Below, piece by piece: positions 17,794 to 28,258 of a DNA stretch of 64,000 nt. Position 1 is the stretch's first letter. Each line of letters opens with the position of its first letter. This stretch comes from Candidatus Latescibacterota bacterium (GTDB taxonomy: Bacteria; Latescibacterota; UBA2968; UBA8231). Under the pieces are notes generated by a model. That model saw only the letters and a list, made by a program, of their open reading frames with translations, ran no database searches and was not told the origin of the DNA. Both the position numbers and the translations under genes were made by a program. The stretch lies in contig CBDAOB010000002.1 in the NCBI GenBank assembly GCA_965197905.1, positions 320,001-384,000 on the forward strand, read 5' to 3'.

Positions 17794-19308
17794 TTGAAAG
17801 CGATCATGGTAATGTTCGATTCCCTGAATCGACGCATGTTACCCCCTTACGGCTGCGACTGGGTGCAGGCGCCTAATTTTCAGCGCCTCTCCGAGCACAC
17901 CCTGACCTTCGACTCGAGCTACATCTGCTCCATGCCGTGTATGCCGGCGCGTCGCGATCTGCATACCGGCCGGCCCAACTTTCTGCACCGCTCCTGGGGC
18001 CCGCTAGAGCCGTTCGACGATTCGGTACCGCGCATGCTACGGGACAACGGGGTCAGCAGCCATCTGGTTAGCGATCACCAGCACTACTGGGAAACCGGCG
18101 GTGCCACCTATCATACCCAGTATAGCACCTGGCAGTTTCATCGAGGTCAGGAGGGGGACCCATGGATGGGGCAGGTGGCCGATCCTCCGGAGCTTCGCGC
18201 CCACGGCCGCAATGCCAGCGACACCGGTGTAGAGCGCCAGGATCGCATCAATCGTGAGTTCATACAACGGGAAGAGGACCAGCCGCAGGCCAAGACCTTC
18301 GCCTCCGGCATCGATTTCATCCGTCGCAATCATAGCGAAGACAACTGGTTCCTGCAGATAGAAACCTTCGACCCACACGAACCGTTCTTCAACCAACCGC
18401 AGTATCAGGACCTTTACCAGGAGTTGATGGGAGACCGCACGGCACCGTTGTTTGACTGGCCTTCCTACGGCAAGGTTACAGAAAGTCCCGAGCTGGTGGC
18501 GCAATGCCGCGGACATTACGCCGCTCTGGTAAGCATGTGCGACGCCCGGCTGGGGGAGGTGATGGACGAGATGGATCGACTGAATCTGTGGGAGGACACC
18601 ATGTTGATGGTCTGGACCGACCACGGATTCCTCCTGGGTGAGCACGACTGGTGGGCCAAGCTGCGCATGCCGTGGTACCAGGAGCTGGCGAACACCCCGT
18701 TTTTCGTCTGGGATCCGCGTACGGGTCAAAGCGGCGAGAGGCGTCAAAGTCTGGTGCAACCGTCCATCGATCTGGGTCCGACACTACTGGATTTCTTCGG
18801 CCTGGCTTCCGCCCCGGACATGCTGGGGAAGAATCTGTGCGAGACGATCGCCTCGGATGCAGCTGCTCGAGAGAGCGCCATCTTCGGTCATCACGGTGGT
18901 CACGTGAACCTGACCGACGGCCGTTACGTATACATGCGGGCGCCGGCAAATGCTGACAACGAACCGCTCTTCGACTACACGCTGATGCCGGCGCGCATGA
19001 AGAATTTGTTTCGCACCGAGGAACTCAAAGATGCGGAGCTCGTATCGCCGTTCTCTTTCACGAAGGAGTGCCCGCTGTTGAAGATGGGTCGGCCCAACCT
19101 GGAGCCCGATCCACATGCTCCCGGCAAGTTGCGGTCCGTTGGTACCGCCGATGTTTTCGAGACGATGCTCTTCGATCTAGACAGCGATCCGCAGCAGCTG
19201 CAGAGAATCGACGAACCGGATCTTGAAGCGAAGCTTGCTGCGCAAATGGTAAAGCTTATGCGTGAGTGCGACGCACCAGAGGAACAGTATCAGCGACTGG
19301 GATTGTGA
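17794..19308 (+). CDS. sulfatase (Cys-type, formylglycine-dependent)
   Basis: MFDSL, CMPARRDLHTGR signature, FDPHEPF and TDHGFLLGEH; TTG start. Confidence 0.92.
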   Translation: MKAIMVMFDSLNRRMLPPYGCDWVQAPNFQRLSEHTLTFDSSYICSMPCMPARRDLHTGRPNFLHRSWGPLEPFDDSVPRMLRDNGVSSHLVSDHQHYWETGGATYHTQYSTWQFHRGQEGDPWMGQVADPPELRAHGRNASDTGVERQDRINREFIQREEDQPQAKTFASGIDFIRRNHSEDNWFLQIETFDPHEPFFNQPQYQDLYQELMGDRTAPLFDWPSYGKVTESPELVAQCRGHYAALVSMCDARLGEVMDEMDRLNLWEDTMLMVWTDHGFLLGEHDWWAKLRMPWYQELANTPFFVWDPRTGQSGERRQSLVQPSIDLGPTLLDFFGLASAPDMLGKNLCETIASDAAARESAIFGHHGGHVNLTDGRYVYMRAPANADNEPLFDYTLMPARMKNLFRTEELKDAELVSPFSFTKECPLLKMGRPNLEPDPHAPGKLRSVGTADVFETMLFDLDSDPQQLQRIDEPDLEAKLAAQMVKLMRECDAPEEQYQRLGL

Positions 19309-19338
19309 GCATTTTTATCATCGATTAGGGAGATTCTC

Positions 19339-20703
19339 GTGACCACTACCGCAACGCTGTCCCTCGATCAGTTGCTGGCTACCTACGAGCAGAACAATCC
19401 AAATTCCGAACAGCTGTTCCAGCGCGCCCAGAATTCTCTGCCGGGCGGGAATACCCGCACCGGTGCGTATTTCCCACCGTTTCCGATCTACATCGAGCGC
19501 GGTGAAGGGTCGTTTCTGATCGATGCGGATGGCCATCGGTTAGTCGATTTCGTCAACAACCAGACGGCGCTGATCCTGGGACACGCCCATCCTGACATCG
19601 TCCGCGAGCTGCAACAGCAGGTGGCGAAAGGAACGGCGTTCTCTCGACCTACGCCTCTCGAAGTAGAGATGGCGGAAGTGCTGCGGGAAAGGGTGCCCTC
19701 GATGGAACGGGTGCGTTTCTGCAGCTCCGGCACCGAGGCGGTAATGAATGCATTCCGCGCGGCACGAGCGTTCACCGGGCGTTCGAGGATTGCCAAGTTC
19801 GAAGGGGCGTACCACGGCATGGATGCACCTGCCATGATCAGCCATGCCCCGGGCGCGGGACCACATCTGGGGGAGGCGGTGTGTCCGAATTCGGTAGCTT
19901 CGACGGCTGGACTTCCCCCCGGCACTAACCGCGAGGTCCTCGTGCTTCCGTTCAATGATGCTGTGGCGTGCGATGCCCTCATCTCCGAACATGCCAACGA
20001 TCTGGCCGCCGTGATCGTGGACCCGGTTTCTTCCGGAGCGGGTTTAGCCGCACCTCAAGAAGGCTTCCTGACCCAACTCCGCGAGATGACGAGCCGTGCG
20101 GAGATCCTGTTGATCTTCGACGAGATCATCAGCTTCCGCGTCGCTCCCGGCGGCGCCCAGGAACTCTACGGGGTTCGACCCGACCTGACGACGTTGGGCA
20201 AGGTGATCGCCGGCGGCACGGCGGGCGCAGCGTTTGGTGGGCGCCAGGATATCATGGCGGCCTACGATCCAACGTCGGGCCGTCCATCCATTCCGCACAA
20301 CGGCACCTACAACGGCTGGCCCCTGGCGATGGTCGCCGGTCTCACGACGTTGCAACACCTGACACCGGATGTTTACGAGAAGTTGGGATCAGAAGTGGAG
20401 CGCATCGGCTCCGAGCTGAATAGTGCGTTCGAGGCCGGTGGAATTCGTGCCCGGGTAGCCGTTATCGGTTCTATCTTTCGGATTCACTTCGCCGACGAAC
20501 TGCCCACGAACTATCGCGAGGCGGCGGCCGGCAACAAGGAGATGTTTCGGTGGTTGTTCTTCTGGCTCTTGAACCACGGCATCAATTGGGCGGAACACGG
20601 GAATGTGTCGATCGCCACCGAGTCGGAGCAGGTGGATCGGTTTATCGAAACGATCGTCGAGGCTTTGCCTCACTTAGAGGCGCTGCAGCAGGACGTGCGC
20701 TAA
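19339..20703 (+). CDS. class III PLP aminotransferase (glutamate-1-semialdehyde aminomutase-like)
   Basis: SGTEAVM, KFEGAYHG, LLIFDEII and TTLGKVIAGG. Confidence 0.9.
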   Translation: MTTTATLSLDQLLATYEQNNPNSEQLFQRAQNSLPGGNTRTGAYFPPFPIYIERGEGSFLIDADGHRLVDFVNNQTALILGHAHPDIVRELQQQVAKGTAFSRPTPLEVEMAEVLRERVPSMERVRFCSSGTEAVMNAFRAARAFTGRSRIAKFEGAYHGMDAPAMISHAPGAGPHLGEAVCPNSVASTAGLPPGTNREVLVLPFNDAVACDALISEHANDLAAVIVDPVSSGAGLAAPQEGFLTQLREMTSRAEILLIFDEIISFRVAPGGAQELYGVRPDLTTLGKVIAGGTAGAAFGGRQDIMAAYDPTSGRPSIPHNGTYNGWPLAMVAGLTTLQHLTPDVYEKLGSEVERIGSELNSAFEAGGIRARVAVIGSIFRIHFADELPTNYREAAAGNKEMFRWLFFWLLNHGINWAEHGNVSIATESEQVDRFIETIVEALPHLEALQQDVR

Positions 20704-20758
20704 CAATCTTACTTGGATGGCGACAGCGCTGAGGGGGCCGGCGATGCGCTCGCTGTCG

Positions 20759-21841
20759 TCACTCGGAAGCAAGTTTCTCTCTCAGCAGCTTCGTTCCCTC
20801 GCACATGGCCGCAAGCTTCAGGTAAGCGCGGTCCAGCAGCTCGCCGCGTCCGGCGGTTGTGGCAAAACCACAGTCCGGGTTGATCGTGATCCGGTCGGGG
20901 TCGACAAACTCGAGCGCCGCTTCGGCTCGCCGAACCACGACCTCCGGGGTCTCGACCACCTCGTCGCGGGGCACTACAACACCCAACCCCAGGATTTTGT
21001 TCGTCGGAAAGTCAGCCATGGACTGCAGGCTTCGGGCAACGGTGCTGTTGAATTCCATCGCCAAGCGGTCCGCATGTATGCCCTCGACCGCTTTCTTCAT
21101 CAGATCGGTCCCTTCGGGAAGGGCGGATCTGGGTTCGCCGTGGCCGTGGCACAAATGCACCGTCATGAAGATATCGTCCAAACCGTCGGTGACCCGGTTG
21201 ATCGTTTCCACTGACAGTGCCACAACCTCTTCGGGAGTATCGGATTCATTGCCGTAGACGGCCGGGCTCGCCAGGCGGGGTAACAGCGGTTCGTCCAATT
21301 GCACCGCGTCGACGCCCATCTTACCCAGCTCCACGATCTCCTCGCGGATGATAGGAGCGCAGGCCAACACAAAACTGCGTTTGGTGGGATAGGCCGTGGC
21401 CGAGTGTTCCGGATGCCACATCAGATCGGCCAGGGTGCACGGCGCCGGCAGGGTCACCAGGGTTTTGCGGTCGGTGTTCTTCAAGAGGAACTCCGCGTCG
21501 TCGGCGGCGATAGGACCGCGGCGCTCGAGCGGTTTTTCAACGAAGGCAAGCTGGGTGAGTGGTCCGCGCTGAACCCGCTCGCGTCGGAAACCGCCCACCT
21601 TGTCCGCAAACACGCGGACGTAATTCTCCCGCCGCCACTCTCCGTCGGAGATGTAGTCCAACCCGGTGCGTTCCTGCATGCGGATTGCACTTAAAACCGC
21701 GGTATCGAGGAGTTGGTCCGCATCCGCCCAGGACAACGCGCCCCTGGTTCGTTGCTGAATTATGTCCACCACCCACCGAGGGCGCGGCAGGCTGCCCACA
21801 ACCATCGTGGGAAAGAGGGGGTCAAACCTCGGTCTGGCCAT
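20759..21841 (-). CDS. cobalamin-independent methionine synthase II family protein
   Basis: VVGSLPRP, SDGEWRR, VQLDEP and Zn ligands VHLCHG and NPDCGF. Confidence 0.88.
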   Translation of the reverse strand: MARPRFDPLFPTMVVGSLPRPRWVVDIIQQRTRGALSWADADQLLDTAVLSAIRMQERTGLDYISDGEWRRENYVRVFADKVGGFRRERVQRGPLTQLAFVEKPLERRGPIAADDAEFLLKNTDRKTLVTLPAPCTLADLMWHPEHSATAYPTKRSFVLACAPIIREEIVELGKMGVDAVQLDEPLLPRLASPAVYGNESDTPEEVVALSVETINRVTDGLDDIFMTVHLCHGHGEPRSALPEGTDLMKKAVEGIHADRLAMEFNSTVARSLQSMADFPTNKILGLGVVVPRDEVVETPEVVVRRAEAALEFVDPDRITINPDCGFATTAGRGELLDRAYLKLAAMCEGTKLLREKLASE

Positions 21842-22910
21842 ACTTGCCTTCGATGCCCAGCTCGCCAAGAATGGTTTCGATCTTCCGCCAGACGGGGGCT
21901 TCAATCGGGACGCCCTCGGACTGACGCCTTGTCCGCTCGCGGGCAGCTCGCTCTCCGGGCATCAGGATCTCATCCACACCCGGCGCCCGTTTTACACCCT
22001 TCAAGTCGGAAACGTATTGTCGAACGAGCTCTCCAAACCTTTCCTTCGAAACGAATCTCTCCGGATCGATAACCAGCACGAACAGACCGTTGCGATCGGT
22101 CACCTCGACCTTGCCGGCGCTGCAGCCGGCGCCGCTCAGTCCGCCGGCCAGGACATCGACGATCAGTGAAAGGGCGAATCCCTTATGCCCCGCCACCATT
22201 CCACCCAGCGGCAACAGGGCACTCAGCGGAGGGGACTTCAAGGCCGGCGCCACGTCCGTTGACGGCCGGCCCCGTTCGTCGATCAGCCAACCCTCAGGGG
22301 CGTCCTTGTCTTCGGCGGCAAGCATCGAGAGCTTGCCTCCGGCAGCGACGCTGGTGGACATGTCGATGACGATCGGCTCGTCGTCTTTCCACGGGATTCC
22401 CGCTGCGATCGGGTTGGTGCTGAGGAACGGTTCGACACTGCCCCAGGGCGCCACAAACGGATTGCCACCTGCGTCATTGACCATCACTACCGCAACCAGC
22501 CCATCCAGAGCGGGGGCTATCACGTAGCTGCCGAGGCGAGCGACATCGGTGCAGTGCACGACGCTGAGACAGCCGATGCCGGTGACAGCGGCCTTGGCGG
22601 ACGCCTGGCGAATTGCTTCGACGGCGGTTACCGGTCCGAATCCGAAGTGTGCGTCCAGGTGTGCCACCGAAGCGGTTTCACAAAGGGTCTCAAGCCGCGC
22701 GTCGGGAACAATAGATCCGCTGCGAATACCCTCGACGTAGAGCGGCAGGCGCATGAAACCGTGGGAATCGTATCCGGAGAGCGAGGCTTCCAGTAGGGTT
22801 TCGACGACGATCTCGCACTCCTCGGGCGGGACCTTAAGGCGCGAAAAGATGTCTCGCATCAAGTCGGCGAGTGAGCGGTGAGCAAGCCGCACAGAGGGCG
22901 TTTCAGGCAT
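21822..22910 (-). CDS. Ldh_2 family (malate/L-lactate/L-sulfolactate) oxidoreductase
   Basis: DSHGFMRL, STNPIAAG, IDMSTS, GHKGFALS and MPGER. Confidence 0.9.
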   Translation of the reverse strand: MPETPSVRLAHRSLADLMRDIFSRLKVPPEECEIVVETLLEASLSGYDSHGFMRLPLYVEGIRSGSIVPDARLETLCETASVAHLDAHFGFGPVTAVEAIRQASAKAAVTGIGCLSVVHCTDVARLGSYVIAPALDGLVAVVMVNDAGGNPFVAPWGSVEPFLSTNPIAAGIPWKDDEPIVIDMSTSVAAGGKLSMLAAEDKDAPEGWLIDERGRPSTDVAPALKSPPLSALLPLGGMVAGHKGFALSLIVDVLAGGLSGAGCSAGKVEVTDRNGLFVLVIDPERFVSKERFGELVRQYVSDLKGVKRAPGVDEILMPGERAARERTRRQSEGVPIEAPVWRKIETILGELGIEGKYGQTEV

Positions 22911-22916
22911 ATGTGA

Positions 22917-23954
22917 CTACGCGGCGGCGTCGCGGGTCATCTTGAGTGCTGTCACCGGATGCCCGTCGGGAAGAGCCCGTAACCAGACGCCGTCGAGGAA
23001 GAAATCTTCGCCGCGTCCGGTAACCTCGAATCCCAGCTGCCTGAATAGCTCCTGCTTCTGTTCATCCTCCTGCGACACGGTGACGACGAACCCTCGGGCG
23101 TTGCGCGCACGTGCCCAATCCATTACGGCGCGGATGAACTCGGCCCAGTTCTCCAGATAATACGGATGCGTAAAGCCATCGACCGAGCAAATTCGATCGT
23201 CGACGAATTTCGCGCTTGAGAGTCCCACCACCTTCTGCCGGTCGCCCGCTCGCGCCGCGAAGAAGGTAGAGGAGGGTTGATCGAGCATATCGACGTATGC
23301 CCCGCACTGACCCGCGAAGCTGCGGCGCACGAAATATCGCGTGGTGTAGATCTTTGCATTGCAGTCCATCACCTGCCAGTCGTGGGGCGTGTGCACCAAT
23401 GGCACCGAAGGAGTGCGGTCATCTGCCTCGCCAGGATGGATCGTCGCCGGCCCCAGGTTGCGGAAGTAGTCGGTGAAATACGCCTCCGGTGATTCACCCG
23501 ACATTGCCTGCACCAATGCATTGGAGCCGACGAGCTTGGAATAACCGACGCGGGCGTAGATACGGTCAGCCTCCTGGTTGCCGCCGCCCATAACGATCGC
23601 TTCGCCGCCGGCCGCGCGGAATTCAGCGACCGGTTGCTCGAAGAGGACGCGACCGATGCCGCGGCGGCGATATTCGGGATCGGTTCCCGGCATGCCAAAT
23701 TCGGCGAGCTTGGGATCGCGACGAGAAACCCACAACATGGAGGTTCCTACCAACAGGCCATCTAACCGGGCGACATAGAGCAGCTTGCGATCTTCCGGTC
23801 GGTCGCGGTCGTTGAGGGTTTCGATGTAGGCGGACAGGTCCGACGACTGGCCGATCTGCTCCGGCACCTTGTTCCACAGCTCGAGGATCTCCCTGGCCAG
23901 GGCTTCGTCTTCGATGGGAGATTCGAATCGGATAATCTGGAATTCACTCGCCAT
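22917..23954 (-). CDS. GNAT family N-acetyltransferase, probably two GNAT domains
   Basis: DPEYRRRGIGR and IYARVGY; C-terminal FRQLGFEV. Confidence 0.8.
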   Translation of the reverse strand: MASEFQIIRFESPIEDEALAREILELWNKVPEQIGQSSDLSAYIETLNDRDRPEDRKLLYVARLDGLLVGTSMLWVSRRDPKLAEFGMPGTDPEYRRRGIGRVLFEQPVAEFRAAGGEAIVMGGGNQEADRIYARVGYSKLVGSNALVQAMSGESPEAYFTDYFRNLGPATIHPGEADDRTPSVPLVHTPHDWQVMDCNAKIYTTRYFVRRSFAGQCGAYVDMLDQPSSTFFAARAGDRQKVVGLSSAKFVDDRICSVDGFTHPYYLENWAEFIRAVMDWARARNARGFVVTVSQEDEQKQELFRQLGFEVTGRGEDFFLDGVWLRALPDGHPVTALKMTRDAAA

Positions 23955-24008
23955 TGGCTTCTTTGTCTCCGAACCGTCGCTTCAAATGGCCCGAGGACGC
24001 GACCTGGT

Positions 24009-25505
24009 TCAGCCTTCGTTCACGTAGACCGCATACAGATGGGTGTCGTCCGGCCGTTTACCCAACCAGGTGACCTTGGTGCGGATGGTCTGGCCTGCAA
24101 GGTCGACGGTCTGCGAGCCGTTCCAGACGGCCGTTTGAGACAAGCCCGGTTCGCGAATGGTTGCGGCGTTCGCTCCCGACAGACCTTCGATAGGACGGTA
24201 CTGCTCGTCCAGCAACTCGACGGAAAGGTAGGAGTCCTCGGAGATCCCGTCTGCGTTTACCGAGACACGTGCGGCATTACCATCGATGCGAATGGGACAC
24301 GACACCGTATGGGGATCGGTCTGAGCGATAGGAATGTCCACGTGCCGACCCCAGAACATGGTGTGGGTGTCTTCCGGCATGAGCAGATTCGGCTTGGGGT
24401 CTGCCACCACCTCGAAGTAGCCCAGCCGATCGCGGGGCCAGCGGGCGACGCAGATGAAATCGCATTCCCAGCCCCAGTACCATATGAGGGTCTCGTCGCC
24501 GATATTCTCGTAGCCCTGTCCCTGTTCCGCCTTGGGGGCGTGCACCATCTCTTCCCGTTCCTCCGAAAGGAGTTCGTAGCCGGAGATGATGTGGAAATCC
24601 GGGACCGGTTCATCGAAGTAGAGGGCGTCGTGGCTCACCACTAGGCCGAGGTCCTGGGATACGAACCCGCGATCGTTCGACTCGCCATGCCATTGCCCGT
24701 AGAGGCCGAGAATGACGTTGCCTCGGTTCCAGTAGCTGGCGCCCAGATGCACCTGCTCTCCCGCGTGCGGTCCAGGCATCGCCGGATAGGGTGGTATGTC
24801 TTTTCGCAGACCGACGGCAACCGCGTCGCTCCAGTGGTCGAAGTCGTAGGATATGTAGGTCACCAGTGCCCGTTTGGTGCCGACATTGCCGCCCTGTCCG
24901 GACAGATAGAAGCAGCCGTTGTACTTCATGAGGCCGCCCGGCTCGACGGCGTTGTGTTTGAGCACCGGATTGTGGCTGGACTCTGTCCAGACCAATCCGT
25001 CCGGACTGAAGGCCGCAATGTTGATGAACGGGTGAACCTCGTTCACCAGCTTGAACCGGCGGTTGGGGTCTGGGTCGTCGGTGTCGTGGACTACGAGAAT
25101 GGAAGCCATGCTGGTGTTGTGTTCGCTGTCGAACCGCAACAGGTTGTTCTTGGCGCTGCCGTTGAACTCCACCAGACCCAGTTCAGGTTTTTCCCAGTTG
25201 ATGCCGTCGGTGCTGACGGCATAACACATCCGCATCCCTTTCTTGCCGTTGTCCTCCCCCATGCCCCCGTACCACATTCGGAGCTCGTCCCCGACGCGAA
25301 TCACCGTGCCATAATAGTGCAATCCGAGACCATCCGGAGATTTGGGATCGCCGCTGTGCAGCACCTTCGGGTGTGGCTTGTACGGATTCGTAGCGGTAAC
25401 GAGACCGTATCGCAAACGATACCGGAGCGGCATGCTCCACTTGTCGAAGGGGAAGAGGACCGCCTCGTCGAGGGTTATGTCGGGTCCACCGTTTTTCACG
25501 ATCAT
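24009..25505 (-). CDS. GH32/GH130-like beta-propeller hypothetical protein (paralog 1)
   Basis: LRMWYGG, CYAVSTDGINWEKPELGLVEFNGS..NN, DPDPNRRFK, WPRDRLG and VNAD..VELLD..PIEG. Confidence 0.75.
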   Translation of the reverse strand: MIVKNGGPDITLDEAVLFPFDKWSMPLRYRLRYGLVTATNPYKPHPKVLHSGDPKSPDGLGLHYYGTVIRVGDELRMWYGGMGEDNGKKGMRMCYAVSTDGINWEKPELGLVEFNGSAKNNLLRFDSEHNTSMASILVVHDTDDPDPNRRFKLVNEVHPFINIAAFSPDGLVWTESSHNPVLKHNAVEPGGLMKYNGCFYLSGQGGNVGTKRALVTYISYDFDHWSDAVAVGLRKDIPPYPAMPGPHAGEQVHLGASYWNRGNVILGLYGQWHGESNDRGFVSQDLGLVVSHDALYFDEPVPDFHIISGYELLSEEREEMVHAPKAEQGQGYENIGDETLIWYWGWECDFICVARWPRDRLGYFEVVADPKPNLLMPEDTHTMFWGRHVDIPIAQTDPHTVSCPIRIDGNAARVSVNADGISEDSYLSVELLDEQYRPIEGLSGANAATIREPGLSQTAVWNGSQTVDLAGQTIRTKVTWLGKRPDDTHLYAVYVNEG

Positions 25506-25648
25506 GGTTGATTCTCCGGTTTCTCAGTCCTAGCGGCGTCCAATCGATACTCCGCTGCGTCTTGGGCATCGAAAAGGAATTCGGGTTCTGGGAAGGCGGT
25601 AGCCAACGCGCAAACTTGCTTCAACTCCGGAACTCTCACGGCCATTCT

Positions 25649-26434
25649 TTAACGAACACACCCGTCAAAGCTGCGACCGCAGATCGGGTACCACTCCGGC
25701 TCCTCCTCTTCGCCCGTGTAGGTCGACCGAGCCGACATGTAGGACAGGGCGATGGCCCGTCGCCATTTGTTCGAATGATTGGGGGCGGTGTAGTGCGGCA
25801 GCAGGGAATGAAAAAAGAGTCCGCCCCCTGCCGGCACCGGAACCAGCTTCATGTCGTCGAAGTCGTAGTGCCCTTCTTCCACGACAAAATCATCGGTCAC
25901 CTTCACGTGCGGCAGCGGCCCTTTCTTGTGGGTGCCGGGAAGTGCCCCCATGCAGCCGTTCTCTTCGGTGGAATCGTCGATGGCAAACCAGCAGCTGCAC
26001 AGATCCATCGGCTCGATCGGCCAGTAGGGCGAATCCTGGTGCATGCCCTTTTGAGAGCCGACATCGGGGGGTTTCAGCAGGAGGGAATTGCGGTACATCT
26101 TGATATCGGGCCCGAGAATCTGCTGGAGGACACAAAGTATGTTTGGATGCAAACCGAGCTTGTTGTAGAGCTCGTCGTTCTCCACCAGTCCATCGATCTT
26201 GCGGATCCCGTCTCCGGGATGTTTCACCGACATCTCTCCCCGTTCGACTCGGGGTTCGATCCAGACTCTGACCTTTTCCGTCGACCGCCCTTGGTGGGTG
26301 TATTCGCGCAGCCGTTTTTGCAGACCGGTGACCTCATGGGGCGAAAGCAGGTTCTCCACCACGACAAATCCATCGCTCCGGTACGCCGCGAGCTCCTCAG
26401 CTTGAAGCAGGCGCGGCTCTTTCAAGCGAATCAT
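25649..26434 (-). CDS. phytanoyl-CoA dioxygenase (PhyH) family protein
   Basis: YRSDGFVVV, HQD, ENGCM..PGTH, FHSLLPH and NHSNKWRR. Confidence 0.92.
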   Translation of the reverse strand: MIRLKEPRLLQAEELAAYRSDGFVVVENLLSPHEVTGLQKRLREYTHQGRSTEKVRVWIEPRVERGEMSVKHPGDGIRKIDGLVENDELYNKLGLHPNILCVLQQILGPDIKMYRNSLLLKPPDVGSQKGMHQDSPYWPIEPMDLCSCWFAIDDSTEENGCMGALPGTHKKGPLPHVKVTDDFVVEEGHYDFDDMKLVPVPAGGGLFFHSLLPHYTAPNHSNKWRRAIALSYMSARSTYTGEEEEPEWYPICGRSFDGCVR

Positions 26435-26446
26435 TCGTAAACTCGC

Positions 26447-28018
26447 TCAGCCTACGTATACAGCGAATAACTGAGCGTCTTCAGGACGCAGGCCGTCCCA
26501 GTTGACCCGCACCCGCACGGGACCTTCGATACCGTCGATGCGGTTTCCTTGCTTCCATGCCACCCTTTGGCGCAAACCGGGTTCGGCCATCGAGATGCAA
26601 TCGTCTCCCGAATATCCTGGAATTGGATAGAAGGACTCGCTCAGCAGCTCAACGTTGAGCCGGCTGTGCTCGTGTAGCCGATCGGCGTTGATGTAGACGC
26701 TCAGTCCGTCTTTGCGCAGAGAGATCGGACAGGAGATCACGTGGGGCTCTACCGCCACGTCGCGGTAGCCCTGACCCTGGAAGATCGGCGCCGAGACGGC
26801 GGAGAAGAACCCGAGACGATCGCGCGGCCAGGTGGCGACGCGAACCATGCCTCGCGCCGGGTATTCCCACGTGGAGTAATAATGCACCGTCCGCTCGCCG
26901 ATGTTGGCGAAGCTACCCTGCACTAGCTTCGAGCCGGCGCCCCAGCCGGGATGTCCGACGGGGTTCTCCTCAAAACAACGCACGATCTTGAAATCGGGCA
27001 CCGGCTCGCGGAAATGCATGGCGTCGTGGCTTATCACGAGCCCGATGTCCTGGGTGGCGTAGACCCGATCGTTGCTCTCGTTGTGGTACATGCCGTAGAA
27101 ACCGATGATCACGTTGCCACGGTTCCACACCATCGCTCCTTCGTGCACCTGCTCCCCCCGATGCCATTCGAAGTCCATTATTGGCTTGGGGGGAATGGGG
27201 TCGCGTCGAAAGCTCGGCACCGCAGCCAGGGTCCACTTCTCGAAGTCGTAACTCGCCCAGGTCATCATCTCGCGCTTGGCGGCGCCATCCACAGGGTGGG
27301 GAATGGTCTTGTTGAACGGCCCTGGCCCGCCCTGTCCGTTGACGTACCAGCACCCCCTGAATTTAAAAGGCGGGGTTCCGGGTTCGATTCCCTGGCCCAC
27401 CGCCTTGCCTTTGGTCCAGGTCAATCCGTCGGCACTGTAGTGTATATGCAGTCGCATCATCCCCCCGATGCTGACCATCTTAAATCGTTTGTTCGGATCG
27501 GTTTCCTCCGGATCGTAGGCGGTAAATCGCAGCTCGCCGCCGTCCTCATCCACCAGGTTGTTCTGTTTGGAGCCGTTGTACTCCACTAGGCCGAGGATGG
27601 GCTTCTCCCAATTGAAGCCATCCTTGCTGATCGCGTAGCCGATCTGGCGGCGGTTGTCGATTGGCGGTCCTCCGGAATAGTAGCAGGGAGAGGTGTCACC
27701 GGACGAATCGCCACGGCAGGTGTACCACATGCGGTATTCGTCGCCCACCTGCAGAATGGTCGGGAAGATGATCTCCGTGCTGTCCGGTGTGCCAGGTCCG
27801 CCCAGCTGAAGCACCGGATCGCCGGGATGGTCCCGATCTTCGTAGGGGCCTCCCTCCCGGTGCTCCCCAGGCCCGCGGGCGCCAGGGATCAGATGCATCA
27901 GCACGTCCTTGCGGAAGGGGATGCTGCAGTCATCGAACGGAAAGAGCACTGCCTCTTCCACCTCGAAACTTGGGCTGCCGCTGTTGACTCCTACAGCCGG
28001 ATTTGTCGCGGTTGCCAT
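26447..28018 (-). CDS. GH32/GH130-like beta-propeller hypothetical protein (paralog 2)
   Basis: Collinear with 24009..25505 (EAVLFPFD, YAISKDGFNWEKPILGLVEYNGS, GEQVH, WNRGNVIIG, WPRDRLG); start 28018 has SD GGAG. Confidence 0.75.
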   Translation of the reverse strand: MATATNPAVGVNSGSPSFEVEEAVLFPFDDCSIPFRKDVLMHLIPGARGPGEHREGGPYEDRDHPGDPVLQLGGPGTPDSTEIIFPTILQVGDEYRMWYTCRGDSSGDTSPCYYSGGPPIDNRRQIGYAISKDGFNWEKPILGLVEYNGSKQNNLVDEDGGELRFTAYDPEETDPNKRFKMVSIGGMMRLHIHYSADGLTWTKGKAVGQGIEPGTPPFKFRGCWYVNGQGGPGPFNKTIPHPVDGAAKREMMTWASYDFEKWTLAAVPSFRRDPIPPKPIMDFEWHRGEQVHEGAMVWNRGNVIIGFYGMYHNESNDRVYATQDIGLVISHDAMHFREPVPDFKIVRCFEENPVGHPGWGAGSKLVQGSFANIGERTVHYYSTWEYPARGMVRVATWPRDRLGFFSAVSAPIFQGQGYRDVAVEPHVISCPISLRKDGLSVYINADRLHEHSRLNVELLSESFYPIPGYSGDDCISMAEPGLRQRVAWKQGNRIDGIEGPVRVRVNWDGLRPEDAQLFAVYVG

Positions 28019-28121
28019 TGACGTTTCTCCCATTGATTTGTTTGATTCCATTGCCGGCCTCAAAGGCTGCGCAACCATTGGCAAGCTGTCAATTCGCACG
28101 AAAACCAAGTGGAGAACTGTC

Positions 28122-28250
28122 ATGCTGGAAATGACCGAGCGCGAGAAGTTCCTCTTCGACCTGAACGGCGTACGCGATAGTGTTCGGCTTTTCAGAGGCC
28201 AGATGGCCGCGGTGGCGATAGACCAGACGTTATTTGCCGAGATAGCCTGA
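28122..28250 (+). pseudogene. N-terminal stub of a PhyH-like gene
   Basis: SD GGAG, then MLEMTEREKFLFDLNG, resembling PhyH-family N-termini, followed by unrelated sequence and a stop 8 nt before the next gene. Confidence 0.5.
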
Positions 28251-28258
28251 AGAAGACC

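Noticed and set aside
19339..20703. Assigning hemL
   Set aside because: The catabolic context and absence of other hem genes suggest a paralog; the family is clear but orthology is not.
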